DNA of 64,000 nucleotides from Dipteris shenzhenensis (taxonomy: Eukaryota), in the NCBI GenBank assembly GCA_047967505.1, contig CM106538.1, one strand, 5' to 3'. Below are positions 13,840 through 26,806 of the stretch, piece after piece (position 1 is the stretch's first letter; each line of letters begins with the position of its first letter). The notes below the pieces were generated by a model, which was not told the origin of the DNA, searched no databases, and saw only the letters and a list, made by a program, of their open reading frames with translations. The position numbers and the translations under genes are program-made.

Positions 13840-15777
13840 TTTAGCTTTCTCCCTACCTCAAAAGGATAACTTTTGGATTTGATATATGATGCTATGAGGT
13901 GTCCAAAATTTGAAGTTAGCCTAGCATTTGCAAGTGTCTTTGTCTATGAGTTGTGCACTGGGCGATGGAATTGAGTCATATTTGAGGAGAGCATCGTGAA
14001 CACACTAAGTGCAGAAGATGGTTTCTCTAGAAAACTAGCTAAGCTTTTCCATGAAATTAGTGAGCCATTTATGTGCCTCATCAATGGTACTACAGGTGCA
14101 TCCATGGACACCGCATGCACTTTAGGACCATAGGAATCCCAAGCTGTCCCTATAGTTGAATCTTTGCTAACACATATCTTGGCAAAGGTGAAGCAAAAAT
14201 ATGAAAAATATCATGTTAGCACATGATGTAGCAAATGAGACACTAGAGAGTGCAAAGCCTAGTCTTCATCGCAATGAGCACACATTTTCAATGATGGTAG
14301 GCCTCACAGAAAAGGTTATGTTATAGTAGAGGTGGCCTTGGAAGAGGCAAAGAGTGTAGTATTGATTGATGCTCCTCTATTGAAGTAGCTTAAATATGAT
14401 GTAATAGGTTTGCAAACATCATTGTTGTACATGAATCCTTCTGGTGAGCTATCATCTGACAACCTAGAGACCTCCTTAAAGGAAGCAAAGGTGATGTATT
14501 AACTCACTTTTCAAAAATTTTGATTGTAAACCCTATCACAATTTCTCATTAGGTAAGATTGTCAAAAAAATGAATCATCAAAGATTCCATGCCATCAATG
14601 TGCCCATGACCACCAAAGGTATACAAACAGTTGCATACACTAATCATCATTGACAATTGCACTACTTACCGTATGGCCTTAAGTTTGATGATGACAAGAG
14701 TCCTTTGTAACAAAGATTAAGTAGAATCGCCACCTTGTTGTCTTAGAATTTTCATTTATGTTACGGCAACTTCGGCCAACTCTCTGCTTAAATAAGATGC
14801 ACTATGTGTGTGTGTGTGTTAGTGTGTGTGTGGCAAGCTCTTGTTGTATTATTCCATGGGTTTGCACAACCTACATAGTCAAAGTCTGCATGGGAGGGTC
14901 AAAGCTGCATGGCGGGACAGCGAGCATTCAATTGCACATTGATGGTGTGGGTCCATGTGGTCTACGCTCTCTTCCACCTCACAATGCCATGTGGCAATCT
15001 CGCCCACTACGTGCCACATGACACTTTCACCGAGCTTCGTGCGACTCGTCACTGGACTCAACAGACTGTGATGTGTGCCCATCTGCCCACTGCTTCAGCC
15101 ACGCATTCAGACTCCAGACTCCAGATTGGCCTACCTGCAGGTGTGTTGTGACATGTGGGCCTTAATCTTTGTAGTGGCTCTTGATGTTCACCACGTGTGC
15201 CCGCCCCAATGCTCCCAAACTACCACATGTTATCACGCCTTGTCTGCTCTTCCTAAACTACGACCTCCTTTTCTGAACCTCCATGCTTCTCCCTCTAGAC
15301 CTCCAAATGATTGCCACATTGGATAGGGCACCACATGGTGGCCTCTTGTCTGTCTCACCCTCCTTAAGAAATAGTATAGATGTTCCGATTCAACTAGTCT
15401 AGCATTCCAATGCTGGGCTGGATGTCTCGATTTCTTGGATGTTGGCTTGGCATTTTCCTACCAGGGAAAGGGAGAGAGGTTGGCCTTAAGGGGTCGTGGA
15501 GGTGCAGAACTACCATGCCAGTAGGGCTGGTCTAGCCCTACTAGCCTACGTGGGGAAGTGCTCTAACCTTGCTCTTTGGGAGCAGTCGAGAGTCGAGAGG
15601 CATTAACACATCACCAGTGCACGTGCACCTGTCACCAATTGTGCACTGGTGATCAGTCACCAGTCTCCATATCGGTCACTTCTTGATCGGGGAATGCCTC
15701 CACCTCAGAAACCAAGTTCACACTAATTGGCGGCTTAGGGGCTTTCATGGAGGAGTCCACTGCTTTGTACTACCAAC

Positions 15778-18700
15778 TGTGGGGTTAAAGGTCACTGTGC
15801 CTTAACCCCAGTTATGTACAATACTCAAACACATATATAAATGAATGAAAAAGAAGATTAGGGTAGTTCTGCACCCACCAAAACTTGTGTGGCTCTCTGT
15901 CTCTCTCTCTCCTTCTTCCATTCTTGCTTCCGTTGAGAGCACTCTCAACTGGTATCAGAGCCCGGGTGATCTAGCTAAGCGTGCGTGAATGCTTGAAGCT
16001 CAGTAGCTCTGTAAGAGGAAGGAAAAGCTTTGTGGGAAGCTTTGTGGGTGACTTTACTTGCATCCGAGTGTGTAGAGACCTTGGAGGAACCTTTGGAAAA
16101 GTCACTTTGGCTTTGCGAAGTGGTTTTGAGAGCCTGTTAAGAGCTTTCAAAGAAAAAGTCGTTTTTTGAGCTTTTCCCTGTTCTGTTCGATGACAGAGAC
16201 TCCGTATTGACTTGTAGAGGCAACTATTGCTTGCTTTTGGTGTCCACATTACTTCAGGGGCCTGGAAACACCTTCATTCCTGAATCTGGGATCATTTCAT
16301 TGGATTTCTGAGTCACTGTGTCAGTTCCTGCGTTTTTTGCCCGGGTGTTGGAATTCAAGTTTGGAGCAACCATTTGCAGATCTGTCAGTTTCGGTGGACT
16401 CAGGAGGTCCTAAAACTTCTATGTTGCTCATCATTCGCACTCCGGTGGAGTTTATAGATAGCTCTGTTTCCAAAAACGTTTTTCAGTCCGTGTGTTGGAC
16501 CCAGTGATTGAGACCACGGTTTTCAAAACCGTCTGTCCCATTGCGTTCCGGACGCCCAAAAACCCCTACCTATCAGTTCTTGCGCGATTCGGTGGAGGAT
16601 TTTCAGAGTTATAGATCTCTGTGTATTCGATTTCGTCTCTCTGTTATGCATTTTTCATTCTAAGGTTTTGAAACCTTAGATTTATGCCACATGGCAGTGG
16701 ATAAGTGTTGACTCCCATTTCTCACTCATCGGTTGGGATTTTGGAGTTCTGGCAGAAGAGAGATATTTGCAGATTTTCTTGCTGAGTCCGATTATGCAAT
16801 GGCGCCCATGTTTTGAAGCATCTCAAGTTCTATTTTCAGTAGCGCTCATTACCGTGGAACTATGATTTCTTGAGCATACCTTATGCAGATCACTCTGGTT
16901 GCAGTTTGAGCAGTGTGCGCTCATTCGTGGTATGCATTGGTTGCAGTGGATGATTTATAGGCCATTTGGATGCATTGCGGTCCTTGTTGGATGTGCTGAT
17001 AGGCCCAAATTGCCTTGTGGGATGCCATTTTTTATGGACGCTTTGCACATGGATGCTATTTTATGCTGAGGGACAGCTTTGACACATTATTGGTGATGCA
17101 CTAATAGTGCTATGCTCTCTTGGATGAGATATAATTGATGCATATGCTAGTGGACGGTGTTTATGCTTGAGTCATTTGGCACTCATTGGCATTTTCTTTT
17201 GGGCTAGATTTGCTCATATGGATGCATAGTATATGCACATGAGTCAGATGCATCTTTTGATGCTTTGAGCTTTGAGTTTTTTGTGATATTTCACTCTATT
17301 GTGGCATACACATTTGGGTGCACCTGGTATTTGTTGTGATTCTCTCTGGCAGGCACTAGCATTTGGGATTTTGTTTCATTTGCATCATGGCATCCTCTTC
17401 CATGTCTGAAAAGGAGTTTTTCAGCATTAAAAAGTTTGATGGGACAAACTTTTCTTTGTGGAAAGAACAAATAAGGGATGTGCTTATTCAAAAGAAGCAG
17501 ATTAAACCCTTGGCATGTATTGAAGCTAAGCCTGCGGATATGTCTGAGGATGATTGGAATGAGTTGGATGCATTAGCAAAGTCTACTATTAGACTTCATC
17601 TTGCAGAGTCAGTTTATTTCACAGTAGTAAATGAGCAGACTACGGAAGATTTGTGGAAGAAACTGTGTGCCACTTATGAGAAGGAAACTGCCTCTAATAA
17701 AGTTTACCTCATGAAGAGGTTGTTTGAGTTGCAAATGAAGGAAGGGGTCTCCATTGCTTCTCACTTGAATGAATTCAATATTATTTTCAGCCAGCTTTAG
17801 GCTCAGAAAATGAATTTTGATGCGGAGACTAAGGCAATATTTCTCTTATGTTCATTGCCATCCTCATGGGATAACTTCCGTACAGCTGTCAGTAACTCTG
17901 CACATGGTGGAGTACTGGAATTGGATGATGTTGTGGGTAGCTTGTTGGCCGAGGAGATTAGATGGAAGTCTATGGATGGCAACAAGCAGGATGCAGCCTT
18001 AAATGTGCAAAGGGGCAGATCACAGTTCACGGGGAAGTCCCAAGAAAGAGGAAAGTCTCGTAGCAAATCCAGGGCATGAAACATTGAGTGTTACCATTGT
18101 GGCAAGAAGGGCCATATGAAAAAGGATTGCTACAAGCTGAAAAGAGAGCAAAAGGATAAGAAAAAGAATGCAAATTGGGGTGCAAATCAAAAGAAAGAGA
18201 GTCCAAGGGAGGACAAAGGAAAAGTGAAGATCGAGGAGATCAATGTAGTCACACATGATAGTGACAACTCTTCATGTCTACTTTATCTGCAGAGTTACTT
18301 ACCACTTCAGATGATCCATATTCCCAGGATTGGATTTTGGATTCTGGTGCTTCATTCCATGTTACTCCCCATAGGGAATGGTTCTCCACTTATGATAGTG
18401 GAAAGACAGGTTGTGTGCATCTTGGAAATGACTATGCATGTGACATAGTGGGAGCAGGTGACATAAAGTTTTCTTTTGCAAATGGGTCTGCATTTGTTTT
18501 GAAACATGTGAGACATGTGCCTCAGTTGACCAAGAGTCTTATTTCTGTGGGTCAGCTAGATGATGCTGGTTTTCACACCACTTTTGGCTTTCAAAGTTGG
18601 AAAATTCAAAAGGGCTCTATGCTTTTGGCTAGGGGTGCCAAGTGTGGGACTTTGTATCCCTTACATGTATCAAGGGTATTTGATCACATTGTTGCAATAA

Positions 18701-21662
18701 CCGAGCAGCCAAGCACTTCTTTGTGGCATTGCAGGTTGGGGCACATGAGCCAAAATGGAATGAAACTCTTATGCCGTTTGGGTTATGTACCGTATTTGAG
18801 TTTCTCTAATTTTGAATTTTGTGAGCATTGTCTCTATGGGAAGCAGACTAAATCAGCCCATAAAAGAAGGGGAAAGAAAGAGTTTGAAATGCTTGATTTG
18901 GTGCATTCAGACGTATGTGGTCCCATGCCTACACGATCATTAGGTGGGGCTGAATACTATGTGACATTCATTGATGATGCAACTAGGAAAGTGTGGGCTT
19001 ATGCTATAGCTCGGAAGAGTGATGTGTTCCAGGTATTTCAGAAATGGCTGGCCTTGGTCAGTCAGGTAGAACACTTAAATGCCTACGGACTGACAATGGT
19101 GGAGAGTATCTCTCTCATGACTTTTAGCATTTCTGTGATACACGTGGGATTAAGAGGGAGCTCACATTCCCTCGTACTCCAGAGCAAAATCCAGTTGCAG
19201 AAAAGATGAATCATACCATTCAAGAAAGGTTGCAATGCATGCTTTCCAATGCAAGTCTTTCTGGTGGTTTTTGGGCTGAGGCAATGAAGACTGCAGTGCA
19301 TGTGATCAATAGATCACCTAGTAAGAGTTTGAATGGTGGTATTCCTAAAGAGGCATGGAGTGGAAATAAGCCCTCTTACTCTCATTTGCGTATATTTGGG
19401 TGTGAGGCATATGCACATGTGCCAAAAGAGCTTCGAAAGAAGCTAGATCCTAAGTCTAGGAAATGCATCTTTCTAGGTTATGGTGAAAGTGGAGAGATGG
19501 GCTATCATCTCTGGGATCCAGAAGCAAAGAAGATCATACGCAGCCATGATGTGGTCTTTAATGAGAAGAAGATGCATAAGGCACCCATGAGGGATGTGGA
19601 AATGAGGAGAATCACTTTCCAGGATGTGAATCCACCTGCATATGTTGATAGACAGCAAGCTCTCCATGCACCAAATGTGCAAGAAATGGTACCACCAAGT
19701 ACTGCCATAGGTATACAATCAAGGGTAGATGATGGATCATCTATTGGTGGAAATGATGAGCCAAATATGGCTGATATGCAAATGGGACAGCAAGTTGAAA
19801 TGCCCTTGAGAAGATCATCTAGAGTGTCTAGACCACCTGATAGGTTTGTTCCAGGGGTAGACTATGTGATGCTTACTGATTGCGGGGAGCATTCTTGCTA
19901 CAAAGAGGCTATGATGCATGAGGATCAACGCAAGTGGGAGTATGCTATGCAATCAGAGATGAGTTCACTTATGAAGAATAAGACTTGGGACTTGGTTTCT
20001 TTGCCACATGGAAAGAAAGCATTGCCATGTAAATGGGTCTACAAAATGAAGGTCACAGGTGATGATGTGCCTAGGTACAAGGCCCGTTTGGTTGCTAAAG
20101 GTTCAAGCAAGAGAAGGGTGTGGACTTTGATGAGATATTCTCTCCGGTTGTGAAGATGACCACACTTAGATGCATGCTTAGACTAGTGGCATCAGAGGAT
20201 ATGGAGCTTATGCAAATGGATGTTGAGACAGCTTTCTTGCATGGGGATTTGCATGAGGAAATTTACATGGTGCAGTCGGAAGGCTTTGAAGAAAAGGGCA
20301 AAGAGCATTTAGTTTGCAAGCTGAAAAAGAGTCTCTATGGTCTTAAGCAAGCGCCTAGAGAATGGTATCAAAATTTTGATGCTTTCATTCGGTCGCAGGG
20401 TTTTAGAAGGAGTGAAATTGATCATTGCCTCTACACTAAAAGGGCTAAGGATAATAGCCTGATAATCTTGGCACTATATGTGGATGATATGCTATTGGCT
20501 AGCAAGAATACTTATGAGCTAGATGCGTTAAAGGCCAAGTTGCATGAGGCCTTTGATATAAAGGATTTGGGACTTGCAGGTCATATTCTTGGTATGCGCA
20601 TCACGCGTGATTGGACTAGGAAACTCCTTTGGCTTTCACAAAAAGAGTATGTTACAAAAGTATTACAGCGTTTCAATATGGAGGGGGGGAAGGCAGTGAG
20701 TACTCCATTGCCTCCATATGTGAAACTAAGTCATACAGATAGTCCCAAATCAGATGAGGAGAGGGCCATGATGGCCAAGGTTCCTTATGCATCAGCAGTT
20801 GGGAGTCTTATGTATGCTATGATAGCTACTAGACCAGACATTGCATTTGCAGTGGGAGTTGTTAGCCGGTATATGGCTAATCTAGGAAAGAGGCATTGGG
20901 AGGCAGTTAAGTGCATCATGAGGTACATGAAGGGTACCAAGGAGATGTGCATTTGCTTTGGTAAAGGAGACATGCGTGTACTTGGGTACACAGATTCAAA
21001 CTATGCAGGGCATGTGGATAGTAGGAGATCCACTTCTGGTTATGTGTTCACCTTTGCAGGTGGTGCAGTGTCGTGGATCTCTCGCACACAGAAGTGCATT
21101 GCTTTGTCTACCACAGAGGCTGAGTATGTTGTTGCAGCCACAGAGGGTTGCAAGGAGGCTATATGGCTTGATCGGCTAGTGGGAGATTTGGGGATTCATA
21201 CAGGTGTACCGACATTGCATAGTGATTCCATGAGTGCTATTCAGCTAGCACGGAATCCGGTCTTTCATGCAAAGACCAAACACATTGAGGTCAGGTACCA
21301 TTTCATCAGGGAGGTACTTGAGGACAAGCACATAGAGCTTGTCAAGGTTCATACAGATGATAACCCTGCAGATATGCTGACGAAGAGTCTACCTAGTCAA
21401 CGATTTGAGTATTGTCGTGTATTGATGGGCATTGGATAGTATGCTCACTAGTTGTTCTCCCTTAAAGGCACATTGTCCTTTAAGTGGGAGGTTGTGGGGT
21501 TAAAGGTCACTGTGCCTTAACCCCAGTTATGTACAATACTCAAACACATATATAAATGAATGAAAAAGAAGATTAGGGTGGTTCTGCACCCACCAAAACT
21601 TGTGTGGCTCTCTGTCTCTCTCTCTCCTTCTTCCATTCTTGCTTCCGTTGAGAGCACTCTCA
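15778..21662 (+). mobile_element. Full-length Ty1/Copia element, family A copy A1 (Tnt1/Tork-like), 5885 bp
   Basis: 170-bp TG...CA LTRs (15778-15947 and 21493-21662, 1 mismatch); TSD CCAAC (15773-15777 and 21663-21667); tRNA-iMet PBS TGGTATCAGAGC 15950-15961; PPT AAGTGGGAGG 21482-21491; domain order gag-PR-INT-RT-RH. Confidence 0.98.
17387..21439 (+). pseudogene. gag-pol of A1, disrupted
   Basis: Motifs KFDGTNFSLWK, CCHC knuckle, WILDSGAS, VHSDVCGP, QMDV.TAFLHG, LYVDDML, NPADMLTKSL. Stops at 17798 and 18077; frameshifts near 18267, 19058 and 20100. Confidence 0.95.
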
Positions 21663-23287
21663 CCAACTAGTCAACAACTCCTCATGCACCCTGGTTATTG
21701 GCTATCAAGCAATCTTGTAGCCAATGATTGCTCAAGCTGAGGGTAACCAATGCTTGGGCAAAGGACGGATGGGGTTGCTAGATAGCGTTCCCTTACACCC
21801 AAGTGAAAAACAAATGGGTTCATTCCACATCAAAGGACTCCCCAGTTGTTGCAATTTGGGCGTCTCGGCGATGCAAACCCAAATCAAATAGAGCTAGATG
21901 GCTTGGTAAGGTGTGTGGTTTTTGACTTGGGGGATCTAGGTTTGAATCTCTTCTATGTCATAGCAGAAGCTGATTGGTTGCTACAGAGCACAGACACTCT
22001 CCGTGAACCTATCATCGAACTTATGCAATCTGCTTGAGTGTGACTCAGCTCACCAACTAATGTTTTGGCTGCTAATAGGCAAATGCATGTAAAATGTTGG
22101 TTTAAGGGTGCACTTTTTGATTGGTCGATTCATCATCCAGCCATCCAATGGGCAAATGGGTGTGACACTCACCTTGGAATTTCGATTCCCTCGAGCAAAC
22201 CTTTTGCTACACGCATTTGATTTGCTCGAGAAGACCCTTTCCTACTTGTTAGCTAGTGTAAGCAATTGCACCTCATAGATGGTCATGTCTGTAATCTTGC
22301 CCAATAATGTAGAACTCTATTAGTAAGCATGTTGCTCATCATTGCCGGTAGCAAAAACTAGTACTAAGCATGCTGCTCATCATTGTTAGCCAAAAACTAA
22401 TTTTCTTGAAAAGGTTACTCTTAAACTGCCTAAACTTTGTATTTTGCAATTATAGCCAGTGGAAAATAAATTAAATGCCAATTTTTGCTAGCATTTTTTG
22501 TTGATAATTGAGAATACTACAATAAAAGAGGACATCGGGCAGGACTGTACTAGTAACTTAATGCATTCTCAAATTCCTGAGCACTACTAACGAAATTGAA
22601 CTTTGCATAAACTCTCAGTGCAATAGTTATGAGTGTGATATGATGTATCATATGCATCTTTGCATTATCTCACTATCTTTCTTCTTAGTTAGCATTAGTA
22701 AGGGCAAAACTAGTGAGAGATGATGTAAGCTTCATGCTCATTACAAGTGCTTGGCAACAACTTGATTCAAATGTTGAACAATCTGTTGGAATATCTGCTG
22801 CTAACCAAGCTGTTGTCCCATTTGCAAAAGTATAACCTATAATTTTGATGCCATTGGTTAATTCAACTTAAGTGGATCCTTTTCAAGGTCATTGCTACTG
22901 CTTCCCATTGCTTAGTCATGGTGTTAAAGCTTTTTGTCAATTGTGGGTGGTTTCTAGGTGCGGGTCTTCATGGTGCATGTTGTGTGTTTACATTGCTGCC
23001 AAAGCATCCTATTCCATATCAATATTGATTTCCATACTTAGAAAATATTAATATATTTTCTACTGGGTATACTTGCAAAATATCAATTTAGATTTTGCCT
23101 AGCCTTTATTTTGAGGAGTAGATTTTAGGCTTTTTAGTCTACAAACCAACAAATTACATATTTAAACGAGATTTTTACCTATCAAGACTACTTATGTGTA
23201 AGTATATCCATTATTTATTGTATCGGGTTAGAAATTTTATTTTTGGTTAGCAATGACTTTGTCCAATGAATCGCTTATATTTGCATG

Positions 23288-23490
23288 AGATCGATCACAG
23301 GACTCATTGGAGCTTGCCATGAGGGATACAATAACAAGAGTGCATGAGTGTGTGTGCTCACTACCTTCTAATAGGTTCATAGGATCGATCATACAACTCA
23401 TAAGAGCTTGCCAAGAGGGAACAAGAGTGCATGAGTGCATGTGAGCACTGCCTTCTAATAGTTGCATATAGGATCAATCATAGGACTCAC
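23288..23490. repeat. Degenerate ~85-93-bp tandem repeat, about 2.2 copies
   Basis: GATCGATCA...GAGCTTGCCA...ACAAGAGTGCATGAGTG...CCTTCTAATAG recurs. Confidence 0.75.
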
Positions 23491-23610
23491 AACAAGTGGT
23501 TGCTATAAGGGGCATTTTGAAGACACATGGCGTGCAGAAATGGCACGATGTGGAAGACACGTGGCATGGAATAACGATGTGGTGAGTTGACACCCAAGAG
23601 GCAGGGGCCA

Positions 23611-23611
<1 letters not shown>

Positions 23612-23677
<66 letters not shown>

Positions 23678-23739
23678 AAGAGCTACACGAGACATGGCGA
23701 TAAGGGGGGGTGAGAGAGAGGGGGAGGGGGAAAGCGAGA

Positions 23740-23803
<64 letters not shown>

Positions 23804-24050
23804 AAGAGCTACACGAGATAGGGTGATAAGGGGGGGGGGGAGAGAGGGGGGAGGGAGAGAGAGAGGGGGGAGGGAGGGAGGGACAGAGAGATAGATAGAG
23901 AGAGAGAGAGGGGGGGGGAGGGAGGGAGGGACAGAGAGAGAGGGGGGGGAGGGAGCAAGAGAGATAGATAGATATCTAGATAGAAAGATAGAGAGAGAGA
24001 GAGAGAGAGAGTATAATCTGATAATATATTGGAGAGCGAGGGAGGTACAT

Positions 24051-24134
<84 letters not shown>

Positions 24135-24135
24135 G

Positions 24136-24176
<41 letters not shown>

Positions 24177-24199
24177 GGAAAGGGAGGGAGGGAGGGAGG
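23612..24199. repeat. Compound microsatellite (TG, GA, GGGA, CA, TA); continues at 42323-42495 beyond element B
   Basis: Simple repeats directly visible on both flanks of element B. Confidence 0.95.
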
Positions 24200-24511
24200 T
24201 GTGAAGATAGTGGGAGAGAAGGAAGGAGTCTCACTTGTGGCTTTCTCACATACACAATGGGGGAATACACACAAAGGTGGAGGCTGAAAACAGTTTTCCT
24301 CTTCTTAGTTGTGTAAGCCAAAAGAACTCTAGTACAAAGAAATAGAAGAACCCTATATGTGGGTCTCAAACCAAACTCAGCTATTTAAGGTGGCATACTA
24401 ATTGAGTCACGAACTAGAGTACATAAGGATAGCTGTCATCCAGCTATTATTCATGGGCGGTGCACCAACTGCATCTGCAGCTAACAAGTCAGTGACATAA
24501 ATGCACAATAG

Positions 24512-26806
24512 TCACCTTGGCATATCACGAGTGGAGCTCAATATCTCAACACTCCCCCTCGAGCTCAATCCCAATTCCTGCACACCAAGCAGGTCTTTGA
24601 ACTTGCACAGCTTCTCTGCGCCCAATGCCTTCGTGAATATGTCAGCTACCTGATCCTCTGTGCTGACATAAACTAGATCAATAAGACCTAGTAAAACCTT
24701 CTCCCACACATAGTGATAATGCACCTCAATGTGCTTTGTTCTAGCATGATAGACTGGGTTATTTGCCAAGTGTATATTGCACATGTTGTCACAATAAATG
24801 ACAACTGGCCCATCTGTGATGCATATCATAAAGTAGCTTATGCAACCAAGCTACCTCACATGCAACCATTGTTGCACCCCTGTACTCAGCCTCTGTGCTT
24901 GACAAGGCAACTGTAGGCTGTTTCTCTCCAAGTGACTACAACACTCCCAAAAGAGAACACATATCCATTGGTAGATCGTCTATCAAAAATACTACCAACC
25001 CAATCAGCATCAGTGTATCCATGCAACTGTATCTGAACCCCAGCCTCATAAAATAGTCCATACTGCAATGTGGACTTCACATACGTGAGTATGCGTCTAG
25101 CCACATCCAAATGCGGTTTCCTTGGAGCCTGCATAAACTGACCTACCAATCCAACAGCATAGCTTAAATCTGGCCTGGTAATAGTCATATAAATCAAACT
25201 TCCTACTATGCGCCTATACATAGTAGGGTCTTCCAAAAGCTCAACTGCATCTGTGCTCAACTTCACATTCTACTCCAAAGGAACTAAAATAAGCTTACAG
25301 CCTGTCATCCCATATTTGGATAGCATGTCCAATCCATACTGCCTCTGCAAGAGCTGTATCCCACTTGGTGATCTAATCACCTCAATGCCCAAGAAATAAC
25401 GTAGCTCTCCCGAATCCTTCATCTCAAATTTCTGCTTCAATAGCATTTTCACATGAAGGATATCTTCATCACTATCACCTGTGATGATCAAATCATCAAC
25501 ATAAATGACAAGCAGCATAATACCTTTCTCTGTTTTTCTTACATAAAGTGAGAAATCTGCCTTGGAAATCTGAAAGCCAATAGTGACAAGATACTGTCCT
25601 ATCTTGTTAGACCATGCTCTAGGTGCTTGCTTCAAGCCATACAAGGCTTTCTTTAACCTGCAAACAAACTCAGGATGAATAGCATGAACATAACCTGGTG
25701 GCTGCTCCATAAAAACCTCTTCTTGCAAATCACCATGCAAGAAGGAATTCTCTACATCCATCTGATGTAAAGACCATCCCTTTGATGCAGCCATAACAAT
25801 GATTGCTCTTACAGTTGCCATCCTTGCAACCGGACTGAATGTTTCTTCATAATTAATCCCATATGTTTGTGCATACCCCTTGACAACTAATCTTGCCTTG
25901 TATTTCACAGAACCATCTGCATTGTGCTTCATCTTATAAACCCACTTACAGCCAATTGCATTCTTGTCTTTAGGCAAAGGCACCAATTCCCATGTAGCAT
26001 TTGCTTCCAAGGCATTTATTTGTTCATCCATGGCTTTCTCCCATTTTTCTTTTCCCATGGCTTGCTCAAAAGAACTGGGTTCTAGTTCCTGTATCACTTT
26101 GACTATATAGGCATAGTGAGTGGCTGTAAATCCATCATATTTCAGCCTATCCATAGGATACCTAGCTTCAATAGACCTGCACAAAGTAGGCTCACTTCTA
26201 GGTGCTCTCAAAACATCCCTAGTCTTCCTTACTCTAGGTGTAACAACAGAAGGAATACCCAACTCATCATCAATGCTCTATTCTGGATTCACCATCCACA
26301 TAAGAGTGACCTGCATTCACATCAAACATGGGCTGATCTACCTTCTCTTTTCCTTTCGTGATACCTACATACCACTATCTGCATTACTTTGAGGAGATTC
26401 TCCCTATCTCAATCTGCGTGTCCATGGTTAGGTATGTGAACCACTGCTAGAGGACACTGCAGGTCCACTAATATTTTGTGATTGCTACTGTGAATTCTAT
26501 GCAGCATTACCATTTTGTGCATTTACATCACCAATCACATTTACTGGTTTATACCAACTACTCATCTCATCAAAAACAACATCTCTGCTCACTGTAAACT
26601 TATGAGTAGAAGGGTTATAGCATCTATACCCTTTCTGCTACAGAGAATAACCAATAAAGATGCACTTCTCAGCTTTTGGATCCAACTTGGACCTCAACTC
26701 ATCTGGCACATGAACATAGGCAATGCAACCAAAAATTTTCAAATGAGAAATATCTGGTTTCCTACTAGTATACATCTCCTCTGGCATCATGCCATGTATT
26801 GCTGCA
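24512..26806 (-). pseudogene. Element B integrase C-terminus, RT and RNase H
   Basis: Motifs FGCIAYVHVP, CKWVYK, QMDV..SFLHG, IYVDDLII, TRPDLSYAV, QVADIFTKAL. The RNase H frame runs through the PPT into the 3' LTR. Confidence 0.93.

Noticed and set aside
14705-15370. Possible solo LTR (TGTAAC start, GAATCGCCACC motif)
   Set aside because: No matching end, TSD or partner identified.
21891-21955. Possible tRNA gene or tRNA-derived SINE (GGTTTGAATCTC B-box-like)
   Set aside because: No cloverleaf, tail or TSD could be established.
22720-22870. Short minus-strand coding-like stretch (GYTFANGTTAWLAADIP)
   Set aside because: About 50 codons, no recognisable family and no clear splice context.
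23474-24369. ORFs of 266, 186 and 95 aa
   Set aside because: Translations of simple repeats plus LTR sequence.
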